A DNA stretch of 64,000 nucleotides, from positions 62,001-126,000 of IMG/VR virus record IMGVR_UViG_3300046513_000221; one strand, written 5' to 3'. The notes beneath the pieces are model-generated. The model was not told the origin of the DNA, ran no database searches, and saw only the letters and a list, made by a program, of their open reading frames with translations. Position numbers and translations under genes: made by a program. Positions 9,260 through 19,130 of this stretch are shown here, in pieces; the stretch's first letter is position 1, and each line of letters begins with the position of its first letter.

Positions 9260-9607
9260 ATGAAGATCGTAGCTAAATTTTTCCACAAGGTCAGCGAGTC
9301 TCTGCTGGAGACTAATAGCACAAACTGGTCCATGACGAAGCTCGTCATGATGTTCCTGATGTACCCGACCGTCACCGGCATCTTCATCTACGATGCCATC
9401 ATCCACCAGCGCATGGACGTCATGAATTCGCTGGTATACATCACCGCAGTGGCGACTCCACGCGCCCTGAGCCAGATTCTGGCAGCGCGGTACGGTTTCA
9501 AGTCCAGTGACGGCAGCGCCATCACAGACGGCAACTTCGTCGATGCCTCCCCTGTGAAGAAGTCCAAACCTGCGGAGTGTCCTGATGACGACACTCCTAG
9601 ACAGTAA
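9260..9607 (+). CDS. Small membrane protein, possible holin
   Basis: Two hydrophobic segments (LVMMFLMYPTVTGIFIY; SLVYITAVATPRAL) and a charged C-tail; GAGG RBS. Confidence 0.5.
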   Translation: MKIVAKFFHKVSESLLETNSTNWSMTKLVMMFLMYPTVTGIFIYDAIIHQRMDVMNSLVYITAVATPRALSQILAARYGFKSSDGSAITDGNFVDASPVKKSKPAECPDDDTPRQ

Positions 9608-9623
9608 GGTCAGATAAAGAAGA

Positions 9624-9657
9624 TCCCCCATACACCCGTGAAGGTGTATGGGGGATT
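9624..9657. terminator. Bidirectional hairpin terminator
   Basis: ATCCCCCATACACC..GGTGTATGGGGGAT between convergent genes. Confidence 0.8.
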
Positions 9658-9696
9658 TTATCTAGCGGCTATGCGCCGCTGGCCGACGCCGGAGAA

Positions 9697-10140
9697 TTAC
9701 TTCTTGGCGACTGGCTTCTTCAGCGGAGCCTTGACCGGGGCTTTGGCTGCAGGAGCAGCTGCTTTCACCGGTGCCTTGACTGGTGCCTTAGCCGGAGCTT
9801 TAGCAGCCGGTTTGGCGGCAGCTTTAGCAGGGGCTTTCTTGGCGACCTTGTCCGCGTCGTTCACGCGCACCGACTTGCCGACCTTGAACTTCATGGTCGA
9901 GTAGGCCGGAACGTGAACGGTCTCGGTCGTGCGCGGATTGATGCGGTCGCGCGCTTCGACGTGCGCCCAGCGGAAGGTACCGATCGAGGTGCGGACCGAT
10001 TCCTTGGCCTGGATGGTGTCCTTCAGGCCGTCGAACACCGCAGCGATCATCACTTCGGTGTCTTTCTTGTTGGCGGTTACGCCGTTTGCGGCCAGTTGGG
10101 CTTGTACTGCAACTACCAGATCGTCTTTTACTGCGCTCAT
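9697..10140 (-). CDS. hup: HU-family DNA-binding protein with a PAKA/H1-like C-terminal tail
   Basis: IGTFRWAHVEARDRINPRTTETVHVPAYSTMKFKVGK is the HU arm, followed by KKAPAKAAAKPAAK repeats. Confidence 0.9.
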   Translation of the reverse strand: MSAVKDDLVVAVQAQLAANGVTANKKDTEVMIAAVFDGLKDTIQAKESVRTSIGTFRWAHVEARDRINPRTTETVHVPAYSTMKFKVGKSVRVNDADKVAKKAPAKAAAKPAAKAPAKAPVKAPVKAAAPAAKAPVKAPLKKPVAKK

Positions 10141-10224
10141 GATGCATTCCTTTAAAGGGGTTTGGTTTTGAAAATTGGGTTTCCGAGTCCCGGCGGCGAT
10201 GTGACGCCACCGAATCTCACTTTC

Positions 10225-10236
10225 TAATCGTATGTT
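10225..10236 (-). promoter_or_regulatory. Late-type promoter AACATACGATTA
   Basis: AACA-N6-TA upstream of hup. Confidence 0.7.
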
Positions 10237-10395
10237 ACGAAGTGGGCCATCGCAAACTCAAAATCTAAATTCCAAACGTCGATCAAATACTATGCATTCT
10301 TGAAATCCCATGTAACTAATGAAATGAATCCCCGAATGATGAAATTAATCACCATTCGGGGTACCTAACATCTCTTGATGCTAGTTTTGATCAGG

Positions 10396-11067
10396 TTAGC
10401 CCAGCAGGTTTGCCTTGATCACTTCCACCATCTGAGCGACAGTGGTGTTTTTCTTGAAGCCAGCGATGGTGGCCTGAGCTTCTTCGCTCAGGTGCGGTGC
10501 CATCTTCTGCAGGAACTCGGTTAGCTCTGCCTTCGAGTAGGTCGAGTACTGTTCTTCGGTCAGAGGGGAGAAGGTGACTTCGCCGTTCTCTTCGCCGATG
10601 GTGGTCAGCAGGTTGATCTTCTCGCCGGTGCCGGTGCCTTGGGTGGAATCTTCGGTCGATTCTTCCGACTTGGACTCGCCAGCGCCTTCGGTGCCTTCAG
10701 GAGCGGCTTGCTCCGGGGTTTTCACGTCTTCGATCAGCTCAGCGACCGACTCCTGCGGTGCTGCCGGGGCCGGGGCTTCAGGAGCTGCGGCTTCCGGGAT
10801 CACCGGGGCGATGATGTTGGCAATGTGCTCCGGTACCGGATCGGACTCGAACACGCTGGTCGGGCGATTGATGGTGGTGCCATTCTTCAGCACTGCCTTC
10901 AGCACTTCCATCGAGAACGACTGCGACTTCAGGAAGTCGTATTGGTGGGTCAGCATCGTCACTGCTTTCAGTGGGCCATTCTTGACGAAGAACGGGATAC
11001 GGCGGGTGTCGTTCACGTCCACTACCAGATGCGAAACGTCGCCGATTTGGATATCTTCTTGGGTCAT
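10396..11067 (-). CDS. Hypothetical protein with an acidic/Pro linker
   Basis: 223 aa, AAGGAAG RBS. Confidence 0.75.
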   Translation of the reverse strand: MTQEDIQIGDVSHLVVDVNDTRRIPFFVKNGPLKAVTMLTHQYDFLKSQSFSMEVLKAVLKNGTTINRPTSVFESDPVPEHIANIIAPVIPEAAAPEAPAPAAPQESVAELIEDVKTPEQAAPEGTEGAGESKSEESTEDSTQGTGTGEKINLLTTIGEENGEVTFSPLTEEQYSTYSKAELTEFLQKMAPHLSEEAQATIAGFKKNTTVAQMVEVIKANLLG

Positions 11068-11144
11068 TTGGGTCTTCCTTAAAGGTTAAAAGAAAATCTC
11101 ACTAGCGATTTTGGTCGCTAGTGAGATTCATTTGTCTAAGCAAC

Positions 11145-11156
11145 TATGGAGTTGTT
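11145..11156 (-). promoter_or_regulatory. Late-type promoter AACAACTCCATA
   Basis: AACA-N6-TA. Confidence 0.6.
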
Positions 11157-11175
11157 AGATGTTGGAAACGAGGAC

Positions 11176-11844
11176 TTAGTCTTCGTCTTCCTCGTCTTCT
11201 TCGTCGTCAGCCGACGCAGCGGCATCCGCATCGGAGCCGTCGCCGTCCAGACCCTTCAGGAAGGCGGCTTCGTCGAAGTCGGCTGGCAGATCGACCGAGT
11301 CGTCGTCATCGTCCGGGATGATGCCGTCGTTGGAAGCTGCGGCGTCATCAGCCGAGTCTTCGGCCAGCAACGATGCCATGATCGAGGTTGCCGAGCTGAA
11401 GTCGGTCTCGTTCAGGCGCTTCTTCTCGTCGGTGATGTCCGAAACAGGCGGCATCTCGACGGCTGCGAGGTTGCGGTCGGGGTCTTCCGCACGGGCGACG
11501 GAGTCCGATGCCGCTTTGACAGCACTGCCGTCTTCGTTGATCGAGGTACCGGTCAGCGGTTTGTCCGGATTGGTGATGTCGTACAGATCTTCATCCGTGA
11601 CGCCCATCACTTGATCCTGATTGAAGAACTGATACTTGTCGAAGTCGCCGTCCGACTTCAGATCCGCCATACCGGCCAGATCACTATCCGACTTTGGCAG
11701 GTCAGCGGTCTCGACGAGGAAGCGTGGCTCCATCGCATCGCATACGGCTTCTTCAGCCGACAGGGTCTCCTGCAGCGACAACTCTTCCAGCTCCTTCTGC
11801 TCCAGAAGCTTGATTTTTTCTTTGGTGGTTTGGGTATTAGCCAT
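11176..11844 (-). CDS. Highly acidic protein (possible prohead core/scaffold)
   Basis: 222 aa, D/E-rich, many hydrophobic-X-E motifs. Confidence 0.75.
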   Translation of the reverse strand: MANTQTTKEKIKLLEQKELEELSLQETLSAEEAVCDAMEPRFLVETADLPKSDSDLAGMADLKSDGDFDKYQFFNQDQVMGVTDEDLYDITNPDKPLTGTSINEDGSAVKAASDSVARAEDPDRNLAAVEMPPVSDITDEKKRLNETDFSSATSIMASLLAEDSADDAAASNDGIIPDDDDDSVDLPADFDEAAFLKGLDGDGSDADAAASADDEEDEEDED

Positions 11845-11903
11845 TTCGATTGGTCTTTCCTAGAAAATTCGTACGGGTGAAAACAGAGAGGTGTGCAGCG
11901 TTC

Positions 11904-13139
11904 TTATTGCCCACTCACCACTTCCCTCCGATAGTACCTGAGGGAAAATAGCACCAGAGGTACTATATAGTAGTTATCGTTGAAGTCGTCCACGAAGCCA
12001 ACATCGTTGGGGATCTCGTGGAAGTTGGACTCGTTGTAGTACCCATTGAAGGTTCGTGTGAGGAATTTCTTGTATGGGTTAGCGTTCGTCTGGATGTTGT
12101 TTTGAATCTCGTCCAGGAACGCCGGATCTATCGGGAAGACGATCTCGTCGATCGGTGCCGTTGTGGATGTGTCGAGGATCGGCGACAGGATGTAGTGGTT
12201 CGTGCTGGAGAACCAGTCCATCGAGTAGCGTGTGGCGTTACTGCGCTGGATGATGCCGCGCTTGGCGGTGTAATCCGAAGACAGACGCTCCTTCACCGCA
12301 TCCATCGGCGATGCCGAAAGGATACCGTATATTGACCTGTTGGTGTCGCCGCGACGCAGACCCTTGGTGAAGTCCGTCGAGGAGTAGCGGAAGTCACGGT
12401 AGCTCGTGTAGAACTCGATGAGTTTCTGCTTCTGGATGAAGTCGTTCAGCAGGGGGTCGATGATGCTGCGGCGGAAGCAATCGCTCTCTTGATCAACGAA
12501 CAGGAATGTCTCGTTGTCGTAATAGATTTCGTTGTACCACCGGGCGATGCCGTCGTAGATGTCCTCGATTGCCAGACCAAGCTCGAAGGCGGTCTTCTTG
12601 ACGATCGGATTCTTGGACTGACCGATGAGGTCGTAATCCACCACGAGGTTCTCGCCAACCTGCTTGGCTACATCAACCATGTCGTGGTCGGAAAGCCTGA
12701 AGGTGACTTTATAGTACTTCGAGTTGTTGTAGTTGTCCTGCTCGACGTCGGTGACGAGGAACAGCTTACTCACGTTCTGGTACTTCAGGAAGATGAGATC
12801 GTCCTGCAGCGGAATGATGGTGTCCGGCAGTACGATGCACGAACTCGTCACACTACCCACGATACCGAAATCGGTGATCTCGGTGCCGAAGGATGCGTTC
12901 TCGATCTTGTAGATCGGAAGGTTCTCAATCTTATTGAAGACGACCGGGGAGTCAGCACCAACGACCTCGCTGATGTTCTCCAAGCTCCGGTCATAGGTAC
13001 TCTTGAAGCTGTCCTTCGAGAAGTACGTGCAGAACGTAGGCGCTGACGCGAGGAAGGTCGAATAGTCCTTCGTTGCCTGTTCGAGGTAGTGCTGAATATT
13101 CGACTCGGTGATGCGCCCGTTGGTTAGAAGTCGGCCCAT
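11904..13139 (-). CDS. Virion structural protein (possibly neck/head completion)
   Basis: 411 aa under a late motif; function inferred from context. Confidence 0.6.
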   Translation of the reverse strand: MGRLLTNGRITESNIQHYLEQATKDYSTFLASAPTFCTYFSKDSFKSTYDRSLENISEVVGADSPVVFNKIENLPIYKIENASFGTEITDFGIVGSVTSSCIVLPDTIIPLQDDLIFLKYQNVSKLFLVTDVEQDNYNNSKYYKVTFRLSDHDMVDVAKQVGENLVVDYDLIGQSKNPIVKKTAFELGLAIEDIYDGIARWYNEIYYDNETFLFVDQESDCFRRSIIDPLLNDFIQKQKLIEFYTSYRDFRYSSTDFTKGLRRGDTNRSIYGILSASPMDAVKERLSSDYTAKRGIIQRSNATRYSMDWFSSTNHYILSPILDTSTTAPIDEIVFPIDPAFLDEIQNNIQTNANPYKKFLTRTFNGYYNESNFHEIPNDVGFVDDFNDNYYIVPLVLFSLRYYRREVVSGQ

Positions 13140-13166
13140 TTCTCTGGATCCTATCGGTTGTGTGTC

Positions 13167-13178
13167 TATCTGGTTGTT
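13167..13178 (-). promoter_or_regulatory. Late-type promoter AACAACCAGATA
   Basis: AACA-N6-TA, 28 nt upstream of ATG 13139. Confidence 0.7.
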
Positions 13179-13240
13179 GCAACCTCAAGCGAAAAAAAAA
13201 ACGAACGACCTACAGGATTTCTCCCATAGGCCGCTGTCTT

Positions 13241-13384
13241 TTAGTCGTTCAGGATGAACTGGCGATTGCCACTCTTGTCCGACGGGTTGATCTGCATCAG
13301 GCTCTCGCTGAATGGGATCTCCGGTACCGGCTCCGGTTTCGGAACTGGTTTCTTCTGCTCTGCTTGCGGCTTGCTGTTTTCCAT
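13241..13384 (-). CDS. Small Pro-rich hypothetical protein (47 aa)
   Basis: MENSKPQAEQKKPVPKPEP..., AAGGAA RBS right after the upstream stop. Confidence 0.6.
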   Translation of the reverse strand: MENSKPQAEQKKPVPKPEPVPEIPFSESLMQINPSDKSGNRQFILND

Positions 13385-13394
13385 GTGTTTTTCC

Positions 13395-13943
13395 TTAGAA
13401 GAATTGGTACCATTTGCGCTGCACGTACTCCGAGTCCTCGTTGAGTCGGATGTCCGCGATAGCACTAATGATTTGTCCTGCATTCCGCTCCAGATCGCGA
13501 AGGACATCAACCAGCAGATCGATGTCTTCCACGATATCTGGACTGTTGGTGAGGAAGGTCTGGAGATCGGTGTGCAGCCAAGGACTGCCGGAGCTGAGGA
13601 TCTTCTTGGCCTCGTTGCTCCGCGTCTTCATGGCACTGAACCAGCTCGTGTAAGCCAAATTCCACTTCTCCTCGAAGCGCATGATGTCGCCGATGACATC
13701 CTTGGTGGCGTATGCGAATGCCGATGTAGCTACTACCGGACAGGTATTCCCGCGCAGTGCATTGCGCAGCGCCTCCATGAGTGGGAAGCAGCCATTGATG
13801 AACTCAGCGATATTCATCACACCCTTTTCGTCATTGACGATCCGGGTATTGATGTCTACAGCCACCATGTTGGTCAGCCGGAAGTACTGATCAACGTTCT
13901 TACCGTTATCCATTGTCTCCCGGCGTGGGATTTTCTTTTTCAT
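13395..13943 (-). CDS. Hypothetical protein
   Basis: 182-aa ORF in the helicase operon. Confidence 0.7.
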   Translation of the reverse strand: MKKKIPRRETMDNGKNVDQYFRLTNMVAVDINTRIVNDEKGVMNIAEFINGCFPLMEALRNALRGNTCPVVATSAFAYATKDVIGDIMRFEEKWNLAYTSWFSAMKTRSNEAKKILSSGSPWLHTDLQTFLTNSPDIVEDIDLLVDVLRDLERNAGQIISAIADIRLNEDSEYVQRKWYQFF

Positions 13944-13951
13944 GCTTTTCC

Positions 13952-14587
13952 TTATTCTTCTTCGCTCACGCTGCGACTAGCTGATGACGACGAAGATCTT
14001 TGACGACGACTGCCGATGAACGAATTTACGAGCAGCAGACTGTTGGTCGTCAGGTTGAATTCTTGTATGGCTAGGTTGAGCGAGAGGAAGACATCCATCG
14101 GGAAGAAGACAGTCGTGGCCTCTGAAACCACATTCATACGGACGCCCTTGTCGTAGGTGCCCCTGTTGTCGTTCTCTTGGATGTCAAACTCAAGGGTGAG
14201 GTAGCCTTCGACAGCCTTCACCTTTTCGCAGTAGCTAGCATACTTCTCGTTGACCCCGATGAGCTGACCGTGTACGGGATCGTTCAGCTCATCGAAGATC
14301 TTTTGCTCATTGGTACGGAGTCTCTCGGCAACAGCGTGAAATGCCTCCTTCAGATTGTACATGTGGGGGTGGCTGAAGTACGCCTCCTCCGACAGGTTGT
14401 TATCTGGATTCTCCTTATCAAACTTCTTGTAAGCGAGAATCACGTAACTGCTATAGTTCAGCGTTGCATATGAAGCGTCGCTGTTACGTGGGGTAAAATT
14501 CTTCACTCGCAGATCGTCCGGAGACTTGCACCTCAATCGCAAGGTGAATGGGCCGTACCGGAAGATGTCGTTCGATATATTTTGCAT
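13952..14587 (-). CDS. Hypothetical protein
   Basis: 211-aa ORF in the helicase operon, beta-rich with a Ser/acidic tail. Confidence 0.7.
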   Translation of the reverse strand: MQNISNDIFRYGPFTLRLRCKSPDDLRVKNFTPRNSDASYATLNYSSYVILAYKKFDKENPDNNLSEEAYFSHPHMYNLKEAFHAVAERLRTNEQKIFDELNDPVHGQLIGVNEKYASYCEKVKAVEGYLTLEFDIQENDNRGTYDKGVRMNVVSEATTVFFPMDVFLSLNLAIQEFNLTTNSLLLVNSFIGSRRQRSSSSSASRSVSEEE

Positions 14588-14608
14588 GCAGCTCTTTCTT
14601 TTCTAAAG

Positions 14609-16126
14609 TCAATCATCCTCTTCGGAGACTTCCTTCTGAGGTTTACCGACTGTGATCCTATCCATGCTGATGGATACCTCCTCCATGACCTTGCGCTCGC
14701 GGTACATCATGTTGCGAGCCTTCTTGAAGGAGAGATCACCCAGTTGGATGAAGATACGACGCTTATCCTTCTCCTTGCGGAGACGACCAGCAATTTGCTT
14801 GATATGCGCCTCGGACGTCACCGGGGTCACATTGATGATGACCTCCAGATGAGGAATGTTTAAGATACCGGCAAACGATCTATCGGTACTGATGATCACG
14901 TTTCGATCCAACTCCGGGAGACGGTCATCGAACTTCGCAGCCGTCTTGCTGTTGAAGTAGCCGATGGTGAGATGCGGGAACTCCGTAGCGATGTACTCGC
15001 CGATCCACTCCCCCGACTCGTTGGTCTTCGTCAGGATGGCGATGCGGTTGGTGTCATCACTGAGGTTCTTTAGTGCGAGCTTCAGACTAGGGCGAAGTAC
15101 CTTCTGAAGGAACCAGTCCTTATAGTCCAGCTGCGCTTGTCCCAGCATCTTCAGATAAACCAGAGCGTCGAAGCCGTTCGGCTTGTTGATGCCCTTGGAG
15201 TGATCTGCCGAGGCATTGAGATGATACCCTACCTCGATGTACTCGAACTTCTGCAGCGGAGGCGGCTGATAGACGCAGTCCTCAGACGGTGTCATGTGAT
15301 CGAGGATGACCTGCTCGCCGTGGATGCGCTTGATGTTGGTGGCAGTCAGGTAAAAAGTGCTATGAGTTACCAGTAACATCTCCATGTAGAAGATGCACTC
15401 CAGCCCCATGTGCAACTCATCGTAAACCTTACGCCCGATCTGCATCTCTTCGAAGAAGTGCAGCAGCTCGTCGTCTGCCTTGTCCTTGAAGATAAACGAG
15501 CAAGTACGGTTACTCAGCAGCACCAGCTTGTATTTGTCTTTGTTCTTCAGGACGATACGCATCCTGTCGCGACCCTTGACGACTGCGATCTCCTCGGACT
15601 TGATGTCTGTGAATTTCTGAAATTCCTCGATCCACGTCTTGATCGCCCGGTCATCCGGGCAGACGATGACCGACATCACATCCTTCTCGCAGATGTCCTT
15701 GATGGTCGTGAAGGTCTTACCGGAGTCCGTGTCTGCGAAGAGCGCACGACGCGGCTTGTCTTTGATCCCCTTGTACTGACCGCGTCCGGCGAGGAAGTCG
15801 AGGATATCGACCTGCATCTCGTTGCGCGGGACCGCGTCTGGGTTCATCTTGATACCGCACTTGCGGTATGGAATGTAATAGTCGTCCTTCTTCACCCCGA
15901 TCTCGTCGTTTTCGAGGTAGCTGTAGAGGAACCTTGATGGGAAGTTTCGTGGCAGTGCGAAGTACTTCTCACCTTCATAGACGATGTCCTTGATTCCCGT
16001 CCACATCTCGTCGTAGCCGAAGGTGATCTTCTTCTGGAAGACCGTGTTTTTCTTAATGAACTCCGGGAGAGAATCCTCTCGGAACCCGTTTACCAACATC
16101 CTGTTTCTGTGGAGGATGATGCTCAT
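14609..16126 (-). CDS. Superfamily 2 DExH helicase (UvsW-like)
   Basis: Q motif RNEMQ, ADTDSGKT, VYDELH, LTAT, QIAGRLR. Confidence 0.88.
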   Translation of the reverse strand: MSIILHRNRMLVNGFREDSLPEFIKKNTVFQKKITFGYDEMWTGIKDIVYEGEKYFALPRNFPSRFLYSYLENDEIGVKKDDYYIPYRKCGIKMNPDAVPRNEMQVDILDFLAGRGQYKGIKDKPRRALFADTDSGKTFTTIKDICEKDVMSVIVCPDDRAIKTWIEEFQKFTDIKSEEIAVVKGRDRMRIVLKNKDKYKLVLLSNRTCSFIFKDKADDELLHFFEEMQIGRKVYDELHMGLECIFYMEMLLVTHSTFYLTATNIKRIHGEQVILDHMTPSEDCVYQPPPLQKFEYIEVGYHLNASADHSKGINKPNGFDALVYLKMLGQAQLDYKDWFLQKVLRPSLKLALKNLSDDTNRIAILTKTNESGEWIGEYIATEFPHLTIGYFNSKTAAKFDDRLPELDRNVIISTDRSFAGILNIPHLEVIINVTPVTSEAHIKQIAGRLRKEKDKRRIFIQLGDLSFKKARNMMYRERKVMEEVSISMDRITVGKPQKEVSEEDD

Positions 16127-16147
16127 GATGATTTTCCTTCATATCAT

Positions 16148-16164
16148 TCGTACTAATGATATAT
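16148..16164 (-). promoter_or_regulatory. Early/middle-type promoter ATATATCAT-N5-CGA
   Basis: Motif copy 22 nt upstream of the helicase ATG. Confidence 0.7.
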
Positions 16165-16246
16165 TCCGAAAAGCGGAATCGGAAAAAAATAGCGCTTGCT
16201 TGGGAACGCCCAAGCAAGCACCATGAGACAACCGACGTGTCTTCTA

Positions 16247-16816
16247 CTAACGACCGTCGTTTCCTTCCATTTCGTGACTGAAGTGATCCTCACGTTCCTC
16301 CGCATCGCGCCGCGCCTGCTCGGCAGCGAGACGACGACGGTCGAACTCAGGATCCACATCGACCACTTGGATCAGCTCGATCCCGTGGCTACTCAGGAAG
16401 TCGTTGGAGATGCCCCCTTTGAACTCTTCCAAGAAGTAGATACGCTTCACCTTGGCGCGCTTCAGCCTCGCGGCGCATCGCATGCATGGTGAGTGCGTGA
16501 TGTAGAGTGTTGCCCCTTCCAGATTCTTTCCGGATTCCATCGCACGAGCCAGCAGCTCATCCTCCGCGTGGAGGGTGGTGTCTAGCGTACGACCGTTCTC
16601 ATCGACGGTGCTTGGATCGGAGTCGTCGGCGTTGTAGTTCCAACCGTAGCCGAGAACAGAGCCGTCTTGTCCGGTCGCGATCACACCGACTTTCTTGTCA
16701 GGAGCAGGGGAACGCTTAGCCATCTGGATAGCGATGTTAAGCCATGTATTCAAAGCTGTAGCCGGTTTCGACTTCTGATAGATGAGGAGTTCCTCGTCAG
16801 GCAGTGCTTGTTCCAT
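16247..16816 (-). CDS. dCMP deaminase (ComEB-like)
   Basis: KVG..GYGWN, HAE, LYITHSPCMRCA Zn-deaminase motifs. Confidence 0.9.
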   Translation of the reverse strand: MEQALPDEELLIYQKSKPATALNTWLNIAIQMAKRSPAPDKKVGVIATGQDGSVLGYGWNYNADDSDPSTVDENGRTLDTTLHAEDELLARAMESGKNLEGATLYITHSPCMRCAARLKRAKVKRIYFLEEFKGGISNDFLSSHGIELIQVVDVDPEFDRRRLAAEQARRDAEEREDHFSHEMEGNDGR

Positions 16817-17090
16817 TTTTATTCACCTGTAGGGTAAGCTTTCGTTTCTCGACGTCAGCCGCCTTCTTCCGCATACGTGAGTTGTAGGCAGCTTCAATGG
16901 CGGCGACTCTGGTTTCCATGATCTCCTGCGGCGAACCGGCTATGGGGCAGATGCGACGCACCCGCACAACCGACTTTGCTTCGATCTTCAACTTGTCGAT
17001 CACGCTTTTGGTAACGTCCAGAACGAACGCACCATCCCTTCCCAGTTTCTGGAACTGGGGTAGGGTAATTTTCAAATCCAGAGTCGCCAT
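16797..17090 (-). CDS. Hypothetical protein
   Basis: 97 aa, coupled between beta'C and the dCMP deaminase. Confidence 0.65.
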   Translation of the reverse strand: MATLDLKITLPQFQKLGRDGAFVLDVTKSVIDKLKIEAKSVVRVRRICPIAGSPQEIMETRVAAIEAAYNSRMRKKAADVEKRKLTLQVNKNGTSTA

Positions 17091-17095
17091 GTCTA

Positions 17096-18946
17096 TCAGT
17101 ACAGAAGGTCAATGATTGAGGATTGGTTCTTCTGGAACAAGTTGTTTTCGACAACCTGATCCATACGTTCAAACGCCAGAGTGATCGCCGCAGACGGGTG
17201 GTTCACAAGAGCATTGGTCAGCTTCAGAAACTTGATGTTCTCCACGTCAGCGAAGTTCTTCGGACGTTCCTGAATGTTGTTTGCATCACGGATCAGCTCG
17301 CGCAGAATCAACTCGATCGTCACGGAGCTGGAGCGAATGTTGGATTTCTCCAGCAGACTCAGGAACTCCGGCAGCAGCAGGTGGATGCTATACTCGTTGA
17401 GCAGAGCCTCGCTTTCCAGCAGCTTGATGATCTTCTTCAGCGGCGTGATCAGCTCGGTGTTCTCGATGTTGATGCGGAACACCTCGTTGTCTTCGTAGAT
17501 GTCGAGGATGTTGTCGGAACGGTAGGTGCTGATCTTGTCCTGCACCAAATCGAGGAAGATCTCCTTGCCCTCTTCGAAGTCGAACTCGATCTGACGGTCG
17601 TCGTCGAGAACGATGATTTTGTTGCTCGAAAGCTCTTCTTCGTCGCCGGTCTTCTGGATGTTCTGTACGTTCACCCGGAAGTTCCGCTTCGCGATGAGGC
17701 TGGTCTTGTCGATGTAGAAGTACTCTTCCAGCCCCGGTGGCAGCTCGATCTTCTCAGGATTGATCTGCAGCAAGTGCTTAGACGACAGCAGCATCTGAGT
17801 CAGCTGTTCGGTCAGGTTCAGCACGCCAGCGATACCGATGTGGAACGGATTGACGCGGTGCAGCTGACCGTAGCAGGTACGACAGATTTCGCCGTTGCCG
17901 AGGTGGCAAGTCGCCGGTGAGCGCAGTTTGATGTGCTTCCCGATCATCTCCATGCCGTGCTTACTCAGGGTCTTCAGACCCTTCTTGGTGTAATGGAAAC
18001 GACCGTGCAGACGCTTCAGCGAGTCCTTGGTCTCGATCTGCATCATCACGTAGTCCTCGGAACCGCAGTCCTCCACATCGGAGAGCTTCTGGTTGAGGAC
18101 GAGCAGCAGCAGCTTACGTGACGTGTAACCGGCACGGCGAACCTGCAGAGCATTGGTGATCAGCGCCTTACGAGCACCCATCGCCGAGACGAAGTAATCC
18201 ATCTCGTTACGCATGCCCTGATACAGGTTGGTGTTGACGCAGTGCGGATAGATCGCACTCGAAATGATTTCCGGCTTGTAGCCGATATTGCAGAATACTT
18301 GCTGAAACTGACCGACCGAGATGGCCAAGATCAGATTGCGATAGCAGTTGTTGGTATCGCGGGAAATCTCCTCAAGCAAATCGCGGGTCGCGGTCTTGAT
18401 GGAGTCAACGGTCTCGAAGTATCCTTGATTCTCGTCAACCTTGAAGGCGAGCAGGTCGGCTACGCGCTTGTTTTTCTCCGACAGCTTCAGCATGTCGTAG
18501 ATGTTGACTGAGTTACCAGCGGACTGGTTGATCTCGAACGTGAGATCTGCGAACTCCTCCAAGGAGTACGCGATGATGCTCTTGAGGTCATCGATATCGA
18601 CGGTGTCGTCTTCGATGCTTTCCTCGATGGTCTCGCTGAAGTATTTCTTAACTGCGGAAGCGACGTTGTCGTCCGGGCCGCAGATCAGAATGTCGCGCAT
18701 CTCAACAGGACGCGCCAACAGGAAGCGAGACTTGATCAGGATCAGCGCGATCACCAACTGGCCGAGGTTGATCTCGAATGGATCACTGCCGTCCTTGTTG
18801 ATGGAACACACAAAACTTTGCTTACGGTTGACGAAGTCCTTGGACATCAGTGTCTTTCCGTTGTTGCAGAAGTCGATCAGGCCTTCAGGGTTTTTTTCTT
18901 GCACGAAGTCTAGGAGCATCGCCTTCGATTTTTGCTGTTTTGCCAT
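17096..18946 (-). CDS. RNA polymerase beta' C-terminal subunit (probably non-virion RNAP)
   Basis: Bridge helix DYFVSAMGARKALITNALQVRRAGYTSRKL, Zn site DCG..RSPATC..EICRTCYG, trigger loop EQLTQMLLSSKH. Confidence 0.92.
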   Translation of the reverse strand: MAKQQKSKAMLLDFVQEKNPEGLIDFCNNGKTLMSKDFVNRKQSFVCSINKDGSDPFEINLGQLVIALILIKSRFLLARPVEMRDILICGPDDNVASAVKKYFSETIEESIEDDTVDIDDLKSIIAYSLEEFADLTFEINQSAGNSVNIYDMLKLSEKNKRVADLLAFKVDENQGYFETVDSIKTATRDLLEEISRDTNNCYRNLILAISVGQFQQVFCNIGYKPEIISSAIYPHCVNTNLYQGMRNEMDYFVSAMGARKALITNALQVRRAGYTSRKLLLLVLNQKLSDVEDCGSEDYVMMQIETKDSLKRLHGRFHYTKKGLKTLSKHGMEMIGKHIKLRSPATCHLGNGEICRTCYGQLHRVNPFHIGIAGVLNLTEQLTQMLLSSKHLLQINPEKIELPPGLEEYFYIDKTSLIAKRNFRVNVQNIQKTGDEEELSSNKIIVLDDDRQIEFDFEEGKEIFLDLVQDKISTYRSDNILDIYEDNEVFRINIENTELITPLKKIIKLLESEALLNEYSIHLLLPEFLSLLEKSNIRSSSVTIELILRELIRDANNIQERPKNFADVENIKFLKLTNALVNHPSAAITLAFERMDQVVENNLFQKNQSSIIDLLY

Positions 18947-19130
18947 TTTCGTACCTCGTCTTTTGCACTAGGAAGGAGATCTGCAATCCCTTGGACTTCA
19001 CCTTCAGTTGAACCTTGGAAGTGGCTTTTCCGCCATTTCCCCTTTTGCTGATCGGTTTTGCTTCTTCCGGGATGTCCGGACTCAGCGCATTACCAACCTT
19101 TGATACGAAATCCATTACACCGCTTTTCAT
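18885..19130 (-). CDS. Small basic hypothetical protein
   Basis: MKSGVMDFVSKVG.. after a GGGGA RBS; overlaps the beta'C start by 62 nt. Confidence 0.4.
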   Translation of the reverse strand: MKSGVMDFVSKVGNALSPDIPEEAKPISKRGNGGKATSKVQLKVKSKGLQISFLVQKTRYENGKTAKIEGDAPRLRARKKP

